NCBI GenBank assembly: GCA_963733255.1
Contig: CAVTCH010000007.1
Location: 2,347 to 66,346, forward strand
Source: an uncultured Actinomycetes bacterium
GTDB taxonomy: Bacteria > Actinomycetota > Thermoleophilia > UBA2241
Direction: 5' to 3'
Length of the DNA stretch: 64,000 nt
Numbering within the stretch: position 1 is the stretch's first letter; each line of letters starts with the position of its first letter. This document shows, one piece after another, positions 1 through 9,880 of the stretch. Both the position numbers and the translations under genes were made by a program. Below the pieces are notes generated by a model that did no database searches, was not told where the DNA came from, and worked only from the letters and a program-made list of their open reading frames with translations.

Positions 1-341
1 CGTCCATCCGCCGCCCGCCGCCCGTTGTCGGCCTCTACGACCTCGACGCCGATGTCGTGCAGCGCCAGCAGGAAGTCGTCGATCTGGCCCGCGTCGAGCT
101 CGATCTCCTGGAGCACGTCGTAGATGTGCTCGACGTTCAGGTAGCCCTGCTCGCGGCCCTCGACCAGCAGGTCGTCGACCTCGTCGATGCCTTCCGGGAC
201 CGGCCTGTCGGCCGGCTCGCCCGCGTCACGCTCCGGTGCGCTGTACTGCTCCGGTGCGCCGCGACGCGTCCGCGCGCGACGCTGCTTCTGTGCGCCGCGC
301 TGACGGGCTCCGTGCTGCTCCTGCGGCTCCCGTGCGCTCAT
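1..341 (-). CDS. RNA polymerase sigma-70 family factor, N-terminal ~113 codons only; the gene runs off the window start
   Basis: Minus-strand translation from the ATG at 341-339 reads MSAREPQEQHG...[51 protein letters not shown]. This is roughly 75% identical to the N-terminal (region 1.1-like) part of the complete sigma gene at 24626-25795. It is absent from the ORF track because no stop codon falls inside the window. Confidence 0.55.
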   Translation of the reverse strand, partial: MSAREPQEQHGARQRGAQKQRRARTRRGAPEQYSAPERDAGEPADRPVPEGIDEVDDLLVEGREQGYLNVEHIYDVLQEIELDAGQIDDFLLALHDIGVEVVEADNGRRAADG

Positions 342-552
342 GGGCCGGTTTCTCGCTCCTTCGATCGAGCGTGCCGCGACGCGGCGGAGCGCCTCGCTGG
401 CGGGCGCTCGGCTTTTTGGTCACAGCCCTGACTGCACTGTACCCAGCTTGGCGCCGGGGCAGCGGGGAACGGACCTCGAAGCGGCTCGGAGTGGTTCGAC
501 GCGGTGTGCGGTGGCTGCAGCGGTTGGCAGCCGTCGCGGAGACGCGGGTCGG

Positions 553-2127
553 CTACGCCTCGGTGTCGAGCGGGGCCGCGGCGGCCGCCGCATCGGGCGA
601 GGCGAGCCACTGGTCGACGGTGATGGGGCGCTGGCGAAAGAAAGCCGGCGCGACGATCCAGCGGGTGGCCATGACGACGACACCCAGGGCCATCACGCCC
701 ACCGAGATGACGAACGGCGGGCCGATGCCGAACCACGCCTGGCCGGTGTAGGAATTGGCCGGGTCCCAGAGGTACTGGCCCTCCTTGAAGACGATGAAGG
801 CCAGACCGGCGCTGCCCAGCAGGGGGACCACGCCCATGAGCAGCAGGTTCGAGGCGCCGCGCAGCAGCCGGCGGCGGTAGAAGATCGGGCAGGCGATGCC
901 GCCCAGCGTGTAGTAGACGGCCACCATGAGCCCGGTGGCGGCGATCGAATCGCCCAGCACGTTCTGGCTCACCGCCGACAGCACCACGAACCAGACGAGC
1001 GCCAGACCGGCGAAGACGATCGAGCCGGTCCAGGGCACCTTGTAGCGCGGATGGACGTGGCGGAAGGCCTTGGGCAGGGCGCCCTTGGTGGCCATCGACA
1101 GCGAGATCCGGCCGAGCGGCATGACCGTCGTCACGATGACTCCCGCGCAGGCCGACAGCACTGCCAGCACGAGGAGCTTGTCGAACGGCGCCGGCAAGAC
1201 CTGGGCGCCGACGTAGTTCAGCACGTCGGTCGGGTTGGCGGCGAGCGCCTTGGCGCCGACGAAGCCCTGCGCGGCGATCGCCACCACGACGTAGGTGACG
1301 ACCAGCAGCAGCGTGGTCACGATCACGCTGCGACCAGGGCCCTCGTGGCGGTCGACACTCTCCTCGTTGCACATCGCCGCCTGGTCGAAGCCCCAGTACA
1401 TGAAGACGGCGAGGGTCACGCCGCCGGCCATCGCCGAGGTGCTGGCGAAGGCCAGCGGGTTGAGCCAGCTCAGGGAGGGGGTGACCGACCCCGCCGGGTG
1501 GACGATGAAGATCTTGGCCAGGGCGACGACGGCAAAGAGCGCGAGGATGCCGAACTCGAAGATCATGCGCAGGTACTGCACGCGCGCCGACAGCTCGACG
1601 CCGAGCAGCGTGATCCCGCAGAGGAACACCACCCAGAGCGCGCCGAGAGCGGTCACGGCGAGCTGCGAGCCGGCGGCGCCGTGCAGACCGAGGAGCAGAA
1701 AGGTGTACTGCCCGGTGATGTGGGCGTCGCTTGAGACCACGAGCACGTTGGCGGCGAGGATGATCCAGCCCCCGAAGAAGCCGAGCTGCGGGCCCATCGC
1801 CTTGGTCACCCACGAGAAGGTGTTGCCGCAGTCGGGGTCGGCGCGGTTCAGGTAGTACATGGCGACGCCCGTGCAGAACAGCGGCAGGAACGACAGCACC
1901 ATGATGGCCGGCGACTGAAAGCCGACCGCCAGGGCGATGAAGCCCAGGGTGGCCGCGAGCGAGTAGGCGGGGGCGGCCGACGCGACGCCGAGCACGACGT
2001 TCATGACCGAATGCAGGGCCCCGGCCTTGAGGCCTTTGTCGGCGGTCGGGCTTACGGCGGCGGCGGGCGCCGCGGCGGCGGTCGGGCTTACGCCGGCGGG
2101 TGGCGGCGTCGCGCCGGTCTGCGTCAT
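553..2127 (-). CDS. APC-superfamily amino acid permease
   Basis: ORF 553-2151 is a 12-TM-like hydrophobic protein (GWIILAANVLVVSSDAHITGQYTFLLLG, FMYWGFDQAAMCNEE) typical of amino acid/polyamine transporters. Start is probably the ATG at 2127, preceded by AAGGAG, rather than the GTG at 2151. The N-terminus contains a short direct repeat encoding AGVSPTAAAAP/AAAVSPTADKG. Confidence 0.8.
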   Translation of the reverse strand: MTQTGATPPPAGVSPTAAAAPAAAVSPTADKGLKAGALHSVMNVVLGVASAAPAYSLAATLGFIALAVGFQSPAIMVLSFLPLFCTGVAMYYLNRADPDCGNTFSWVTKAMGPQLGFFGGWIILAANVLVVSSDAHITGQYTFLLLGLHGAAGSQLAVTALGALWVVFLCGITLLGVELSARVQYLRMIFEFGILALFAVVALAKIFIVHPAGSVTPSLSWLNPLAFASTSAMAGGVTLAVFMYWGFDQAAMCNEESVDRHEGPGRSVIVTTLLLVVTYVVVAIAAQGFVGAKALAANPTDVLNYVGAQVLPAPFDKLLVLAVLSACAGVIVTTVMPLGRISLSMATKGALPKAFRHVHPRYKVPWTGSIVFAGLALVWFVVLSAVSQNVLGDSIAATGLMVAVYYTLGGIACPIFYRRRLLRGASNLLLMGVVPLLGSAGLAFIVFKEGQYLWDPANSYTGQAWFGIGPPFVISVGVMALGVVVMATRWIVAPAFFRQRPITVDQWLASPDAAAAAAPLDTEA

Positions 2128-2232
2128 GGTCGTCTCCTTCGGCCTCGTCACTTTCGTGCGGATGGAGCGAATTAATCCGTCCAGACGAATTACGCGTCAT
2201 TGTTTCAGCTACAATGGCGCCTGACAAGTGGG

Positions 2233-2910
2233 ATGCGGGGGGCGACCGTGACGGGCGAGCGAAGGCACGCGACGCAGGACGGCAGGCGCCGGCGCTACCG
2301 GCAGGGCCCGCGCGCGCCCGGCGAGCTGCCCGAGGCGGCGGCCAACCTCGTGCGCGCGGCTCGCACGATCGTCGTGCGCGACGGCCTGCGCGGCCTGACC
2401 TTCGACGCCATCGCCGCCGAGGCCGGCGAGTACCGGGCCGCGGTGCGCTACTACTTCGGCACCAAGCGCAACCTCATCGCCGCGCTGGTGGAGTCGCTCA
2501 CCCCCCAGGCCACAATCGACGCCGTCGCCGGCGTCGCCGAGCGGCTGCCGGCCGGCGACGAGCGGGTGCGCGCCCAGGTGAGCGGCTGGCAGACGCTCGT
2601 CTCCGATCGTGAGGCGGCCCAGGCGCTGTTCGAGGTGTTTCCGCTCGTCGTGCGCGACCGCGAGCTGCGCGAACGGGTGGCCGGCCTCTACCGTCACTAC
2701 CGCGAGCTCGACGTGGACGTCTTCGGCGTCGAGGCGTCACCGCACGGCGCGCGGCTGGCCGCTCTGGCGGCGCTGCTCGTGGCGGCCATCGACGGCCTCT
2801 CGCTCCAGGCCCTGCTCGCCCCCGACGAGATCGACGTCGAGCTGTGCTTCGAGGAGCTCGCCGGCATGCTGGCCGTTCGGCTCGAGACGCTGCGCGGGTC
2901 GGCGCCGTGA
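2233..2910 (+). CDS. TetR/AcrR family transcriptional regulator
   Basis: HTH motif LTFDAIAAEAGEYRAAVRYYFGTKRNLIAALVESL. The ORF track begins at 2200; an in-frame ATG at 2233 is the more plausible start. The gene is divergent from the permease. Confidence 0.8.
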   Translation: MRGATVTGERRHATQDGRRRRYRQGPRAPGELPEAAANLVRAARTIVVRDGLRGLTFDAIAAEAGEYRAAVRYYFGTKRNLIAALVESLTPQATIDAVAGVAERLPAGDERVRAQVSGWQTLVSDREAAQALFEVFPLVVRDRELRERVAGLYRHYRELDVDVFGVEASPHGARLAALAALLVAAIDGLSLQALLAPDEIDVELCFEELAGMLAVRLETLRGSAP

Positions 2911-3070
2911 CCATGCGCTCCACGAGAGACATCGTCGGGCTTGCCGTCGCGGTCACGGGCACGGAGGCGGTACACGGTCCCTCGAGCCAGACGCCCGGCC
3001 GGTTTGCGGTAGGATGCCTCGTGCGAGGACCGCGTATCCGCGATCACCGAAGACAAGAAGCGAGGCACCA

Positions 3071-3721
3071 GTGGACTACGACGCCTACACCTTTCACGCG
3101 CCCAGCGGCTCGTTCATCGCTCGCGATCTCGTCCACGGGAGCGGCTTCGAGCACGGCCTGCAGTGCATCATCGACCCCGACGTCGTGCTCGGCGACGACG
3201 TGAGGCTCGGCCACCGCGTGCACCTCGCCTCGGGCACGCGCATCCTGAACGACGTCGAGATCGCCGACGACTGCGTCACCACCGGCGTTGCGCTGCTGGG
3301 CAACCACGTGCGCGTGCGCACCGGCTCCTGCATCTCGAAGTCCGTCATCGTCGACGACTGGTGTTTCGTGGCCGCCGGCATCATGAGCTCGCACACCAAG
3401 AACGTCGACCACGGCCGGCCGCGCGCCCCCAAACGGCAGCTCATCACCCGCTTCGGCTACGGCTCGATCATCGGCAGCCGCACCAACACGAGCGCCGGCG
3501 TCACCATCGCGCCCGGCGCGACGGTCGGCTACGGGTCGCACGTCGTCTTCGACCTGGAAACGCCGCACGGCATCTACTACAACAGCCCCAACCCGTGGGC
3601 CACGCTGCAGTCGGTGATCGCGTCCGACAACCCGTTCTACATCGAGATCCCGGCCGACTACGTGCCGCACGAGTTCGACGCGGAGCTGCTGCGCACGTAC
3701 CTTCCGTACGCGAGCGTCTGA
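3071..3721 (+). CDS. Hexapeptide-repeat (LbH) acetyl/acyltransferase
   Basis: Repeated [LIV]G..xx hexads (VVLGDDVRLGHRVHLASGTRILNDVEIADDCVTTGVALLGNHVRVRTGSCISKSVIVDD). The GTG at 3071 is chosen because the upstream part of ORF 2609-3721 is Arg/Ser-rich junk overlapping the TetR gene. Confidence 0.7.
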   Translation: MDYDAYTFHAPSGSFIARDLVHGSGFEHGLQCIIDPDVVLGDDVRLGHRVHLASGTRILNDVEIADDCVTTGVALLGNHVRVRTGSCISKSVIVDDWCFVAAGIMSSHTKNVDHGRPRAPKRQLITRFGYGSIIGSRTNTSAGVTIAPGATVGYGSHVVFDLETPHGIYYNSPNPWATLQSVIASDNPFYIEIPADYVPHEFDAELLRTYLPYASV

Positions 3722-3766
3722 CCCGCTGAGCCCTGTGGCTGCACGGCCGGCGATGAGAGGGGCCTC

Positions 3767-4681
3767 ATGACGCAGACGACCACCACCGCCGACGTCGTCG
3801 CCTACCTGCGCGAGCTCGGCATGGTCCGGGCGCTCGCCGGCGCGGGAGCGTCCCAAGCCGACGCCGTGGCCCTGAACGCCGTCGCCACCGACACCGGCGC
3901 CGGCGCCGGCGAGCTGGCCTGGTCCAGGCGGGCCGGAGCGGCGGCGCGGTTCGGCGGCTCCCTGCTGATCTGCGGCACCGAGGGGGTCGCTGGGGCCGGC
4001 GTTACCACCGGGTCGGATGTCGCCGCCGGGTTCGCCACAATCGGGGACGCCGCGGGCCAGGCCGACGCTTTCCCGGGGTCCAGCGGCACCGTGATCGTCT
4101 GCGACCGTCCCCGGCTGGCCATGGCGCTGGTCGTCGGCCGGTTCTTCGCGCACCTGGCCGCCGACCGCCCGCCCGTCTATGCCGATCCGGCGACCGCTCG
4201 CCTCGTCGATGAGGTGCGCGCCTGGGTCAGGAACGCCGTCGTGGGTCACGGCCTGGGCATCGAGCCGCTGGCGACGATCGGCTGCTCGGGCATGGGCTAC
4301 GAGCGCGCCGACGACGGGCGTCTCGTGCCCTTTCCGCAACTCGGCCGCGTCGTGATCGAAGACGACGTGCACGTCGCCGCGCAGGCCATGATCCAGCGCG
4401 GCGCCATCGGCGACACGGTCGTGCGGCGCGGGGCCAAGATCGGTCCCCACGTCAACGTGGGCCACAACGTCGAGGTGGGCGAGGACGTGCTCGTCGCGGG
4501 TCACGCGCAGATCGGCGGCGGGGCCCGGATAGGCAGCGGCACGGTCGTCTGGCAGAGCGCCGCCATCGCCAACGGGGTCACGGTGGGGGCGGGCGCCGTG
4601 ATCGGCATGGGCGCCATGATCCGCGCCGACGTCGGGGCCGGCGAGGTCTGGGCCGGCAATCCCGGCCGCAAGCTGCGCTAG
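3767..4681 (+). CDS. LpxD-like hexapeptide-repeat acyltransferase (UDP-3-O-acylglucosamine N-acyltransferase family fold)
   Basis: An N-terminal non-repeat domain is followed by a long LbH region (GAKIGPHVNVGHNVEVGEDVLVAGHAQIGGGARIGSGTVVWQSAAIANGVTVGAGAVIGMGAMI) and then EVWAGNPGRKLR. This is the LpxD/LbH_LpxD-like architecture. Confidence 0.6.
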   Translation: MTQTTTTADVVAYLRELGMVRALAGAGASQADAVALNAVATDTGAGAGELAWSRRAGAAARFGGSLLICGTEGVAGAGVTTGSDVAAGFATIGDAAGQADAFPGSSGTVIVCDRPRLAMALVVGRFFAHLAADRPPVYADPATARLVDEVRAWVRNAVVGHGLGIEPLATIGCSGMGYERADDGRLVPFPQLGRVVIEDDVHVAAQAMIQRGAIGDTVVRRGAKIGPHVNVGHNVEVGEDVLVAGHAQIGGGARIGSGTVVWQSAAIANGVTVGAGAVIGMGAMIRADVGAGEVWAGNPGRKLR

Positions 4682-4722
4682 CCGGCGAGGGCTGGGGCGC
4701 CGAGGGGTAGCGTCGCGCGCCC

Positions 4723-5796
4723 TTGGTGGTCTACCATGCCGGGGCAGGAGGCCTTCCGGTCGAAAGGAACCACGTGAGTGACGCCGTGCGGAGGGAGCAC
4801 CGCGGCTGCGGCTGTCTGCTGGGGCTCGCGATCGGCGACGCGCTGGGCGCGCCGGTCGAGTTCAGCACGCGCGCTCAGATCGTGGCGCAGTATGGGCCCG
4901 AGGGCATACAGGAGCTCTCGCCGCGCCGCGGTCAGCCGGCGGGCGCCTACACCGACGACAGCCAGATGTCGGTGGCCACGGCCCGTGGCATCCTCGACTG
5001 GCAGGCCGCCACGGGCTGGTCGGCCGCCGGCGAAGGCGAACCCGACCTCGACGCGCTGGCGCTGGCGGTCTGGGCGCGCTACGTCGAGTGGTCGCATTCG
5101 CCCGAATGTCCCCAGGGCAGCCCCGGGGCGCAGGTGCTGGCCTCCATCAAGGGCGGTGTGCCGCTCACGCTCCAGCACCCGGTCAACGTCTGGGGCAAGG
5201 GCTGCGGCGGCGTCATGCGCGTCGCTCCGCTCGGCCTTGTGCTCCTCGGTCCACGGGCCTTCGAGGCCGGTGCGCGCTGCGCGACGCTGACGCACCGTCA
5301 CCCCACGAGCGACACGGCCGCCGGCTTCGTGGCGCAGCTCGTCGACCGCCTGCTGGCCGGTGCGCCGCTCGCCGGCGCGGCGGCGGACGCCCGCCTGGCG
5401 CTGGTGGGCTGGCCCGGACACGAGGAGACGCTCGATGCCGTCGACGCGGCGATGCGTCTGGCCGCCGCACCGGACGACGACTACGCGGCCATCGGCCAGA
5501 TCGGCCACGTCGGCGTCGAGGAACCGACCGAGCACGGCAAGGGCTGGGTCGCCGAGGAGACGCTGGGCATCGCCCTGTACTGCGCGCTGCGCCACGGCGA
5601 CGACTACGCCGCCGCCGTGCGGGCGGCGGTCAACATCAGTGGCGACAGCGACTCGACCGGCGCGGTGACCGGGGCGATCGTCGGCGCGGCGCTCGGACTC
5701 GAAGCCATTCCCGCGGCGTGGCGCGAGCAGGTCGCCGACGGCGCCCTGCTGACCGAGCTCGGCCGGCGGCTGGCGGCAGGGGCCGGACCCGCCTGA
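4723..5796 (+). CDS. ADP-ribosylglycohydrolase family protein (DraG/ARH-like)
   Basis: CLLGLAIGDALGAPVEF...YTDDSQMSVATARG...SGDSDSTGAVTGAIVGAALG match the ARH-fold metal-binding motifs. The start may instead be an internal GTG near 4774. Confidence 0.75.
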   Translation: MVVYHAGAGGLPVERNHVSDAVRREHRGCGCLLGLAIGDALGAPVEFSTRAQIVAQYGPEGIQELSPRRGQPAGAYTDDSQMSVATARGILDWQAATGWSAAGEGEPDLDALALAVWARYVEWSHSPECPQGSPGAQVLASIKGGVPLTLQHPVNVWGKGCGGVMRVAPLGLVLLGPRAFEAGARCATLTHRHPTSDTAAGFVAQLVDRLLAGAPLAGAAADARLALVGWPGHEETLDAVDAAMRLAAAPDDDYAAIGQIGHVGVEEPTEHGKGWVAEETLGIALYCALRHGDDYAAAVRAAVNISGDSDSTGAVTGAIVGAALGLEAIPAAWREQVADGALLTELGRRLAAGAGPA

Positions 5797-5958
5797 CACG
5801 TCCGCCAGCCGGTCTGACTCACTCCCGCGGCGCGGGGCGGCGGCAACAAGCGCACGAGACACCGGGCGACGCCATCCTCTGATAGCATGAAGCGCCCGTC
5901 GCCGGCAGACGAACGTGGCGATCGGCCGCATGTCAGGTGCCCACCAGGAGGATCGAGC

Positions 5959-7227
5959 GTGAACCCCATCGGCAAGGAGTGGCGCCGCGAGCCGCTCTAC
6001 GAGCTCGACCCGCAGTTGAACGAGCTCCTGCGCGCCGAGCTGCGCCGCCAGCAGGAGACCCTCGAGCTCATCGCCTCGGAGAACTTCGCCAGTCGCGCCG
6101 TGCTCGAAGCCACCGGCTCGGTGCTCACCAACAAGTACGCCGAAGGCTACCCGGGAGCGCGCTACTACGGCGGCTGCGAGATCATCGACGCCGTCGAGCA
6201 GCTCGCCATCGACCGCTGCAAGGAGCTCTTCGGGGCCGAACACGTCAACGTGCAGCCGCATTCGGGCTCGTCGGCCAACCTGGCCGCCCTCTTCGCGCTG
6301 CTCGAGCCGGGCGACGGCTTCATGGCCATGGAGCTCGCTCACGGCGGCCATCTCACCCACGGGCTGTCTCTGAACCTCTCCGGCGTGATCTACAAGGCGA
6401 TCGCCTATCACGTGCGCCGCGACACCGAGACCATCGACTACGACGAGGTGCGCGCCCTTGCTCTGGAGCACCATCCCAAGCTGATCATCTGCGGCTACAG
6501 CTCCTACCCGCGGACCGTCGACTTTGTCGCTTTCAGGGAGATCGCCGACGAGTGCGGCGCCCTGCTCATGGCCGACATCGCCCACATCGCCGGCCTCGTG
6601 GCCGCGGGGGTGCATCCCAATCCGGTGCCGTACTGCGACGTCGTCACCTCGACCACGCACAAGACGCTCACCGGTCCGCGCGCCGGCCTGATCATGTGCC
6701 GCAGCCAGTTCGCCAAAGCCATCGACCGGGCCGTGTTCCCCGGCATGCAGGGCGGTCCGCTGGCCCACGTGATCGCCGCCAAGGCGGCCTGCCTGCGCAT
6801 CGCGGCGAGCGAGGAGTTCCGCCGCGTGCAGCGCCAGATCCTGGTGAACGCGGTCGCCCTGGCCGAGACGCTGGCCGACGGTGGCCTGCGCCTGGTCTCG
6901 GGCGGTACCGACAACCACCTGGCCCTGGTCGACCTGCGCGGCACCGGCCTGAACGGCCTCGAGTGCCAGCAGCTGCTCGAGTCGGTCAACATCACCGCCA
7001 ACCGCAACGTCGTGCCCTTCGACGAGACCAACATGTCGGTCGCCGGGGGCTTGCGCGTCGGCTCGCCGGCTGTGAGCACCCGGGGCTTCACCGAGGTCGA
7101 GATGCGCAAGACCGGACGCCTCATCGTGCGCGCCCTGGCGGTGCGCGACAAGCCGGCGGTGCTGGCCGAGATCCGCCAGGAAGTGCTCGACCTGCTCGAA
7201 GCTTTTCCGCTCTACGAGTTCCTCTAG
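5959..7227 (+). CDS. glyA: Serine hydroxymethyltransferase
   Basis: [50 protein letters not shown] and [12 protein letters not shown] (the PLP-lysine region) are SHMT hallmarks. The ORF track starts at 5887; the GTG at 5959 (VNPIGKEW...) fits the usual N-terminus. Confidence 0.9.
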   Translation: MNPIGKEWRREPLYELDPQLNELLRAELRRQQETLELIASENFASRAVLEATGSVLTNKYAEGYPGARYYGGCEIIDAVEQLAIDRCKELFGAEHVNVQPHSGSSANLAALFALLEPGDGFMAMELAHGGHLTHGLSLNLSGVIYKAIAYHVRRDTETIDYDEVRALALEHHPKLIICGYSSYPRTVDFVAFREIADECGALLMADIAHIAGLVAAGVHPNPVPYCDVVTSTTHKTLTGPRAGLIMCRSQFAKAIDRAVFPGMQGGPLAHVIAAKAACLRIAASEEFRRVQRQILVNAVALAETLADGGLRLVSGGTDNHLALVDLRGTGLNGLECQQLLESVNITANRNVVPFDETNMSVAGGLRVGSPAVSTRGFTEVEMRKTGRLIVRALAVRDKPAVLAEIRQEVLDLLEAFPLYEFL

Positions 7228-7487
7228 GGCGGCGCGGAGCCGTTCGGGCCCGGCGCCGCCGCCGCCGCCGGGCTCCCGGCTGCTCCGTCGGCGCCGAGCT
7301 CCCGGCGGCGGTGCCTGGCTCGGCTACGCCGATCAGTCGCGACCCGATGCCGTCGGCCGCCCTGAACAGTATGATGTCGGCGGCTGGCGAGAGGGGTGTC
7401 ACCCGAGGGGTCCGCGGGGCAGGTCCGTGTCCGCGCCCCCCACCTGACCCGCCGACGAACGGGCAGGAATCGAGCTTGGGGGGATCC

Positions 7488-8864
7488 ATGAAGAAGCTGT
7501 CACTCGGTCTGTTCCTGGCGCTGGCTGCGGCCGTAGTCTGGCCGGCCGCGGGGCTCGCGCTCGGTCACGGCGTCTCAGCGCCGGTTCGCGCCTGTCAGCG
7601 GCCCTCGCTGGTCGGCGGCCCGCAGGCCGCGCTTGCGCAGGTGCAGGCGCAAAGATTCTCCCTCAGGGGCCCGCTGGCCCTGGGTGACGCTACAGGACCA
7701 TGCACCGTCACCGGCACGGTCCGCGACTCCAACGGCGACGTGCTGCCGGGCGTCGAGGTCGATCTCTACTGCACCGACGGCCAGGGCGACACGCAGGCCG
7801 TCGGCTGGGTCGACACCGACGACACCGGTGTGTTCACCTTCGCCGGCGTCCCCGTGACCACCGACGGCGAGTTCGACGTCTATCCCGATCCCAACTCCGA
7901 CGATGGCTTCTGGTCGTGGGGCAACGTCTTCACGCAGGCCGGCCCCAACGACTTCACCGTGGAGCCGGGTCTGACCGCCGTGCAGATCGTAAAGACGAGC
8001 GACCAGAGTTGGAACGCGTTCGAGTCGTTCGACCTGGAGACCTGGGGCAGCGCCGGCGGCGGTTCGATGACCATCGCCGGCAGCGACGGACTGGGGTACG
8101 TGATGGCGCCCGACTACGACTACGCGGTCGCCTATCCCTGGGACAACCAGGGCATCGAGTGGAGCGCAACACCCGCGCTCCCGGTGACGCCGGGCGTGAA
8201 CGACGGGCTCACCATGACCTTCGATCAGGCCAACGGACGAGACGTCTACATCGGGGCCTCGTCGGCCTGGGGAGGCAGCCCGGGCGCCAAGGCGCGAGTC
8301 GTGCTCAAGAACTGGCCCGCCGGCTATCATGCCTTCCTCGCCGGCGTCTCCGAGTCACCTTCCGGCAGCTACAAGATGCTGCGCAGCCCCTTCGCCATGG
8401 TCGGCGCGCAGCAGTTGCGCACCGTGACCGTCACGATCCCCAGCACGGCGACGCCGGGCTACGACTACGACATCCACGTTGTGCGCACCGACTCCGACAG
8501 CGCGCTCGACATCGAGACGTACTACCAAGTCGCCTCGCTGAAGGCGTCGGCGAAGTCCATCAGGCACGGCGGTTCCGTGCGCCTGACGGGCGTCGTGCCC
8601 ACACAGGGGCACGAGGGAGGCACGGCCGGCAAGACGAAGCCGATCGTCGTGTATCAACGCACGAAGTCCGCCGGGCAGCCCACCGTCTGGAATGCGGCCA
8701 GCAAGGGCTGGCACAAGGTCGCCACTCTCAAGGCCAGCGGCCTGGGCAAGTACACGAGCCACCTTCTGCACCCGTCGCGCACGACCTGGTATGTCGTGCG
8801 CTATCCGGGCGACAACTGGTACTTCGCGGGCTACACGTCGGTCATTAAGGTGACCGTCAAGTAG
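7488..8864 (+). CDS. Secreted protein with a carboxypeptidase-regulatory-like (CarboxypepD_reg) beta-sandwich domain
   Basis: ATG at 7488 gives the signal peptide MKKLSLGLFLALAAAVVWPAAGLALG. TVTGTVRDSNGDVLPGVEVDLYCTDGQGDTQAVGWVDTDDTGVFTFAGVP is a typical CarboxypepD_reg segment. The rest has no recognisable catalytic motif. Confidence 0.55.
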   Translation: MKKLSLGLFLALAAAVVWPAAGLALGHGVSAPVRACQRPSLVGGPQAALAQVQAQRFSLRGPLALGDATGPCTVTGTVRDSNGDVLPGVEVDLYCTDGQGDTQAVGWVDTDDTGVFTFAGVPVTTDGEFDVYPDPNSDDGFWSWGNVFTQAGPNDFTVEPGLTAVQIVKTSDQSWNAFESFDLETWGSAGGGSMTIAGSDGLGYVMAPDYDYAVAYPWDNQGIEWSATPALPVTPGVNDGLTMTFDQANGRDVYIGASSAWGGSPGAKARVVLKNWPAGYHAFLAGVSESPSGSYKMLRSPFAMVGAQQLRTVTVTIPSTATPGYDYDIHVVRTDSDSALDIETYYQVASLKASAKSIRHGGSVRLTGVVPTQGHEGGTAGKTKPIVVYQRTKSAGQPTVWNAASKGWHKVATLKASGLGKYTSHLLHPSRTTWYVVRYPGDNWYFAGYTSVIKVTVK

Positions 8865-8936
8865 CTGCCGCCCCAAGCCGGCGCGAGCTCACCGTCAAGT
8901 AGGCGGCGACCCGGGCCGGCACCAGCCGGCGCGACT

Positions 8937-9842
8937 CTAGCGAGCCTCGACCGGCGGCCTCTTCGGGGCCGCCTCGTCGGGGCTCGCTGCGTCGGGGCTC
9001 GCCGCGTCAGCGCTCGCCAGGTCGGGGCCTGCCTCGTCGGCGCCGGCCGCGTCGAGTCTGCGCGCGAGCTCGCCGAAGGCCGCGCTCGCGCCGTGGCGGA
9101 TCGCCCGCCCGTGGGCAAAGCAGGCCACCTCGAACTCCAGGGCCGCCAGCTTGGCGATGCTGCGGCGGCTCTCGGCGGCGTGCTCGTGCAGGCGAGCGAG
9201 AGACAGGCGCACGTTGTGGTTGGCCGCGTCGCCCACGAACAGCACGCCGCCCTCGCGGGGCAGCAGCAGCGCGAGGTGGCCGAGGGTGTGACCAGGCGTG
9301 TGGACGGCCCGCAGGCCGCCGAAGGGCAGTTCCTCGCCGTCGCTCACCTCGTGCGCCACGACGACCGGCTCTCCCCGGTGCGCCGACACGTGGTCGATCA
9401 CCCACACGACCGCACGGCTACGACGACCGGGCCCAGCCTCGGGCAGGCGTCCCAGGATGCCCTGGCGTACGAGCTCCGCGTCGTCTGAGTGCATCCAGAC
9501 CTCGGCGCCGGTGCGGCGCTGCATCTCGGCGAGGCCGCCGACGTGGTCGGGATGCGTGTGGGTCACGACGATGGCGCGCACCTGCTGCGGCAGCCGGCCG
9601 AGACTGTAGATCGCTTCGGTGATGCGTGGCGGACTCTTGCGCAGCCCCGTGTCGATCAGCACGAGGTCGTCGCCGGCCTCGACCAGGAAGACGTTCACGC
9701 CTCGCAGGCCCACCTGGTAGACGCCGCGCGCCACTTCCTTGGCCTTCACATGGTCCTCCTGCGGAGACGACGAGACTGGCACCATTCTGCCCGGAAGAGC
9801 GCGGTCGGTCCATGCCGGTTGAAGTCGGTGGGCTGCCCTCAC
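8937..9842 (-). CDS. MBL-fold metallo-hydrolase
   Basis: VNVFLVEAGDDLVLIDTG...AIVVTHTHPDHVGG (HxHxDH motif). The C-terminal low-complexity tail (ADAASPDAASPDEAAP) is encoded by 15-bp imperfect repeats at roughly 8971-9045. Confidence 0.8.
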   Translation of the reverse strand: MRAAHRLQPAWTDRALPGRMVPVSSSPQEDHVKAKEVARGVYQVGLRGVNVFLVEAGDDLVLIDTGLRKSPPRITEAIYSLGRLPQQVRAIVVTHTHPDHVGGLAEMQRRTGAEVWMHSDDAELVRQGILGRLPEAGPGRRSRAVVWVIDHVSAHRGEPVVVAHEVSDGEELPFGGLRAVHTPGHTLGHLALLLPREGGVLFVGDAANHNVRLSLARLHEHAAESRRSIAKLAALEFEVACFAHGRAIRHGASAAFGELARRLDAAGADEAGPDLASADAASPDAASPDEAAPKRPPVEAR

Positions 9843-9880
9843 CAGCGCCGACAGGTCGTCGACGGCACGGAGGCCACGCT

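Noticed and set aside
338-2227. 629-aa minus-strand ORF, and 464-aa plus-strand ORF 340-1734, overlapping the amino acid permease
   Set aside because: These are alternative frames of the permease locus with Arg/Gly/Pro/His low-complexity translations. The permease frame (553-2151) has coherent TM-helix periodicity.
4678-8864. Long ORFs 4678-6918 (minus, 746 aa) and 5937-8864 (plus, 975 aa)
   Set aside because: They are antisense to, or out of frame with, the ARH, glyA and secreted-protein genes. Their translations are Arg/Pro/Gly-rich junk. The recognisable motifs (SHMT, ARH) lie in the frames reported as features.
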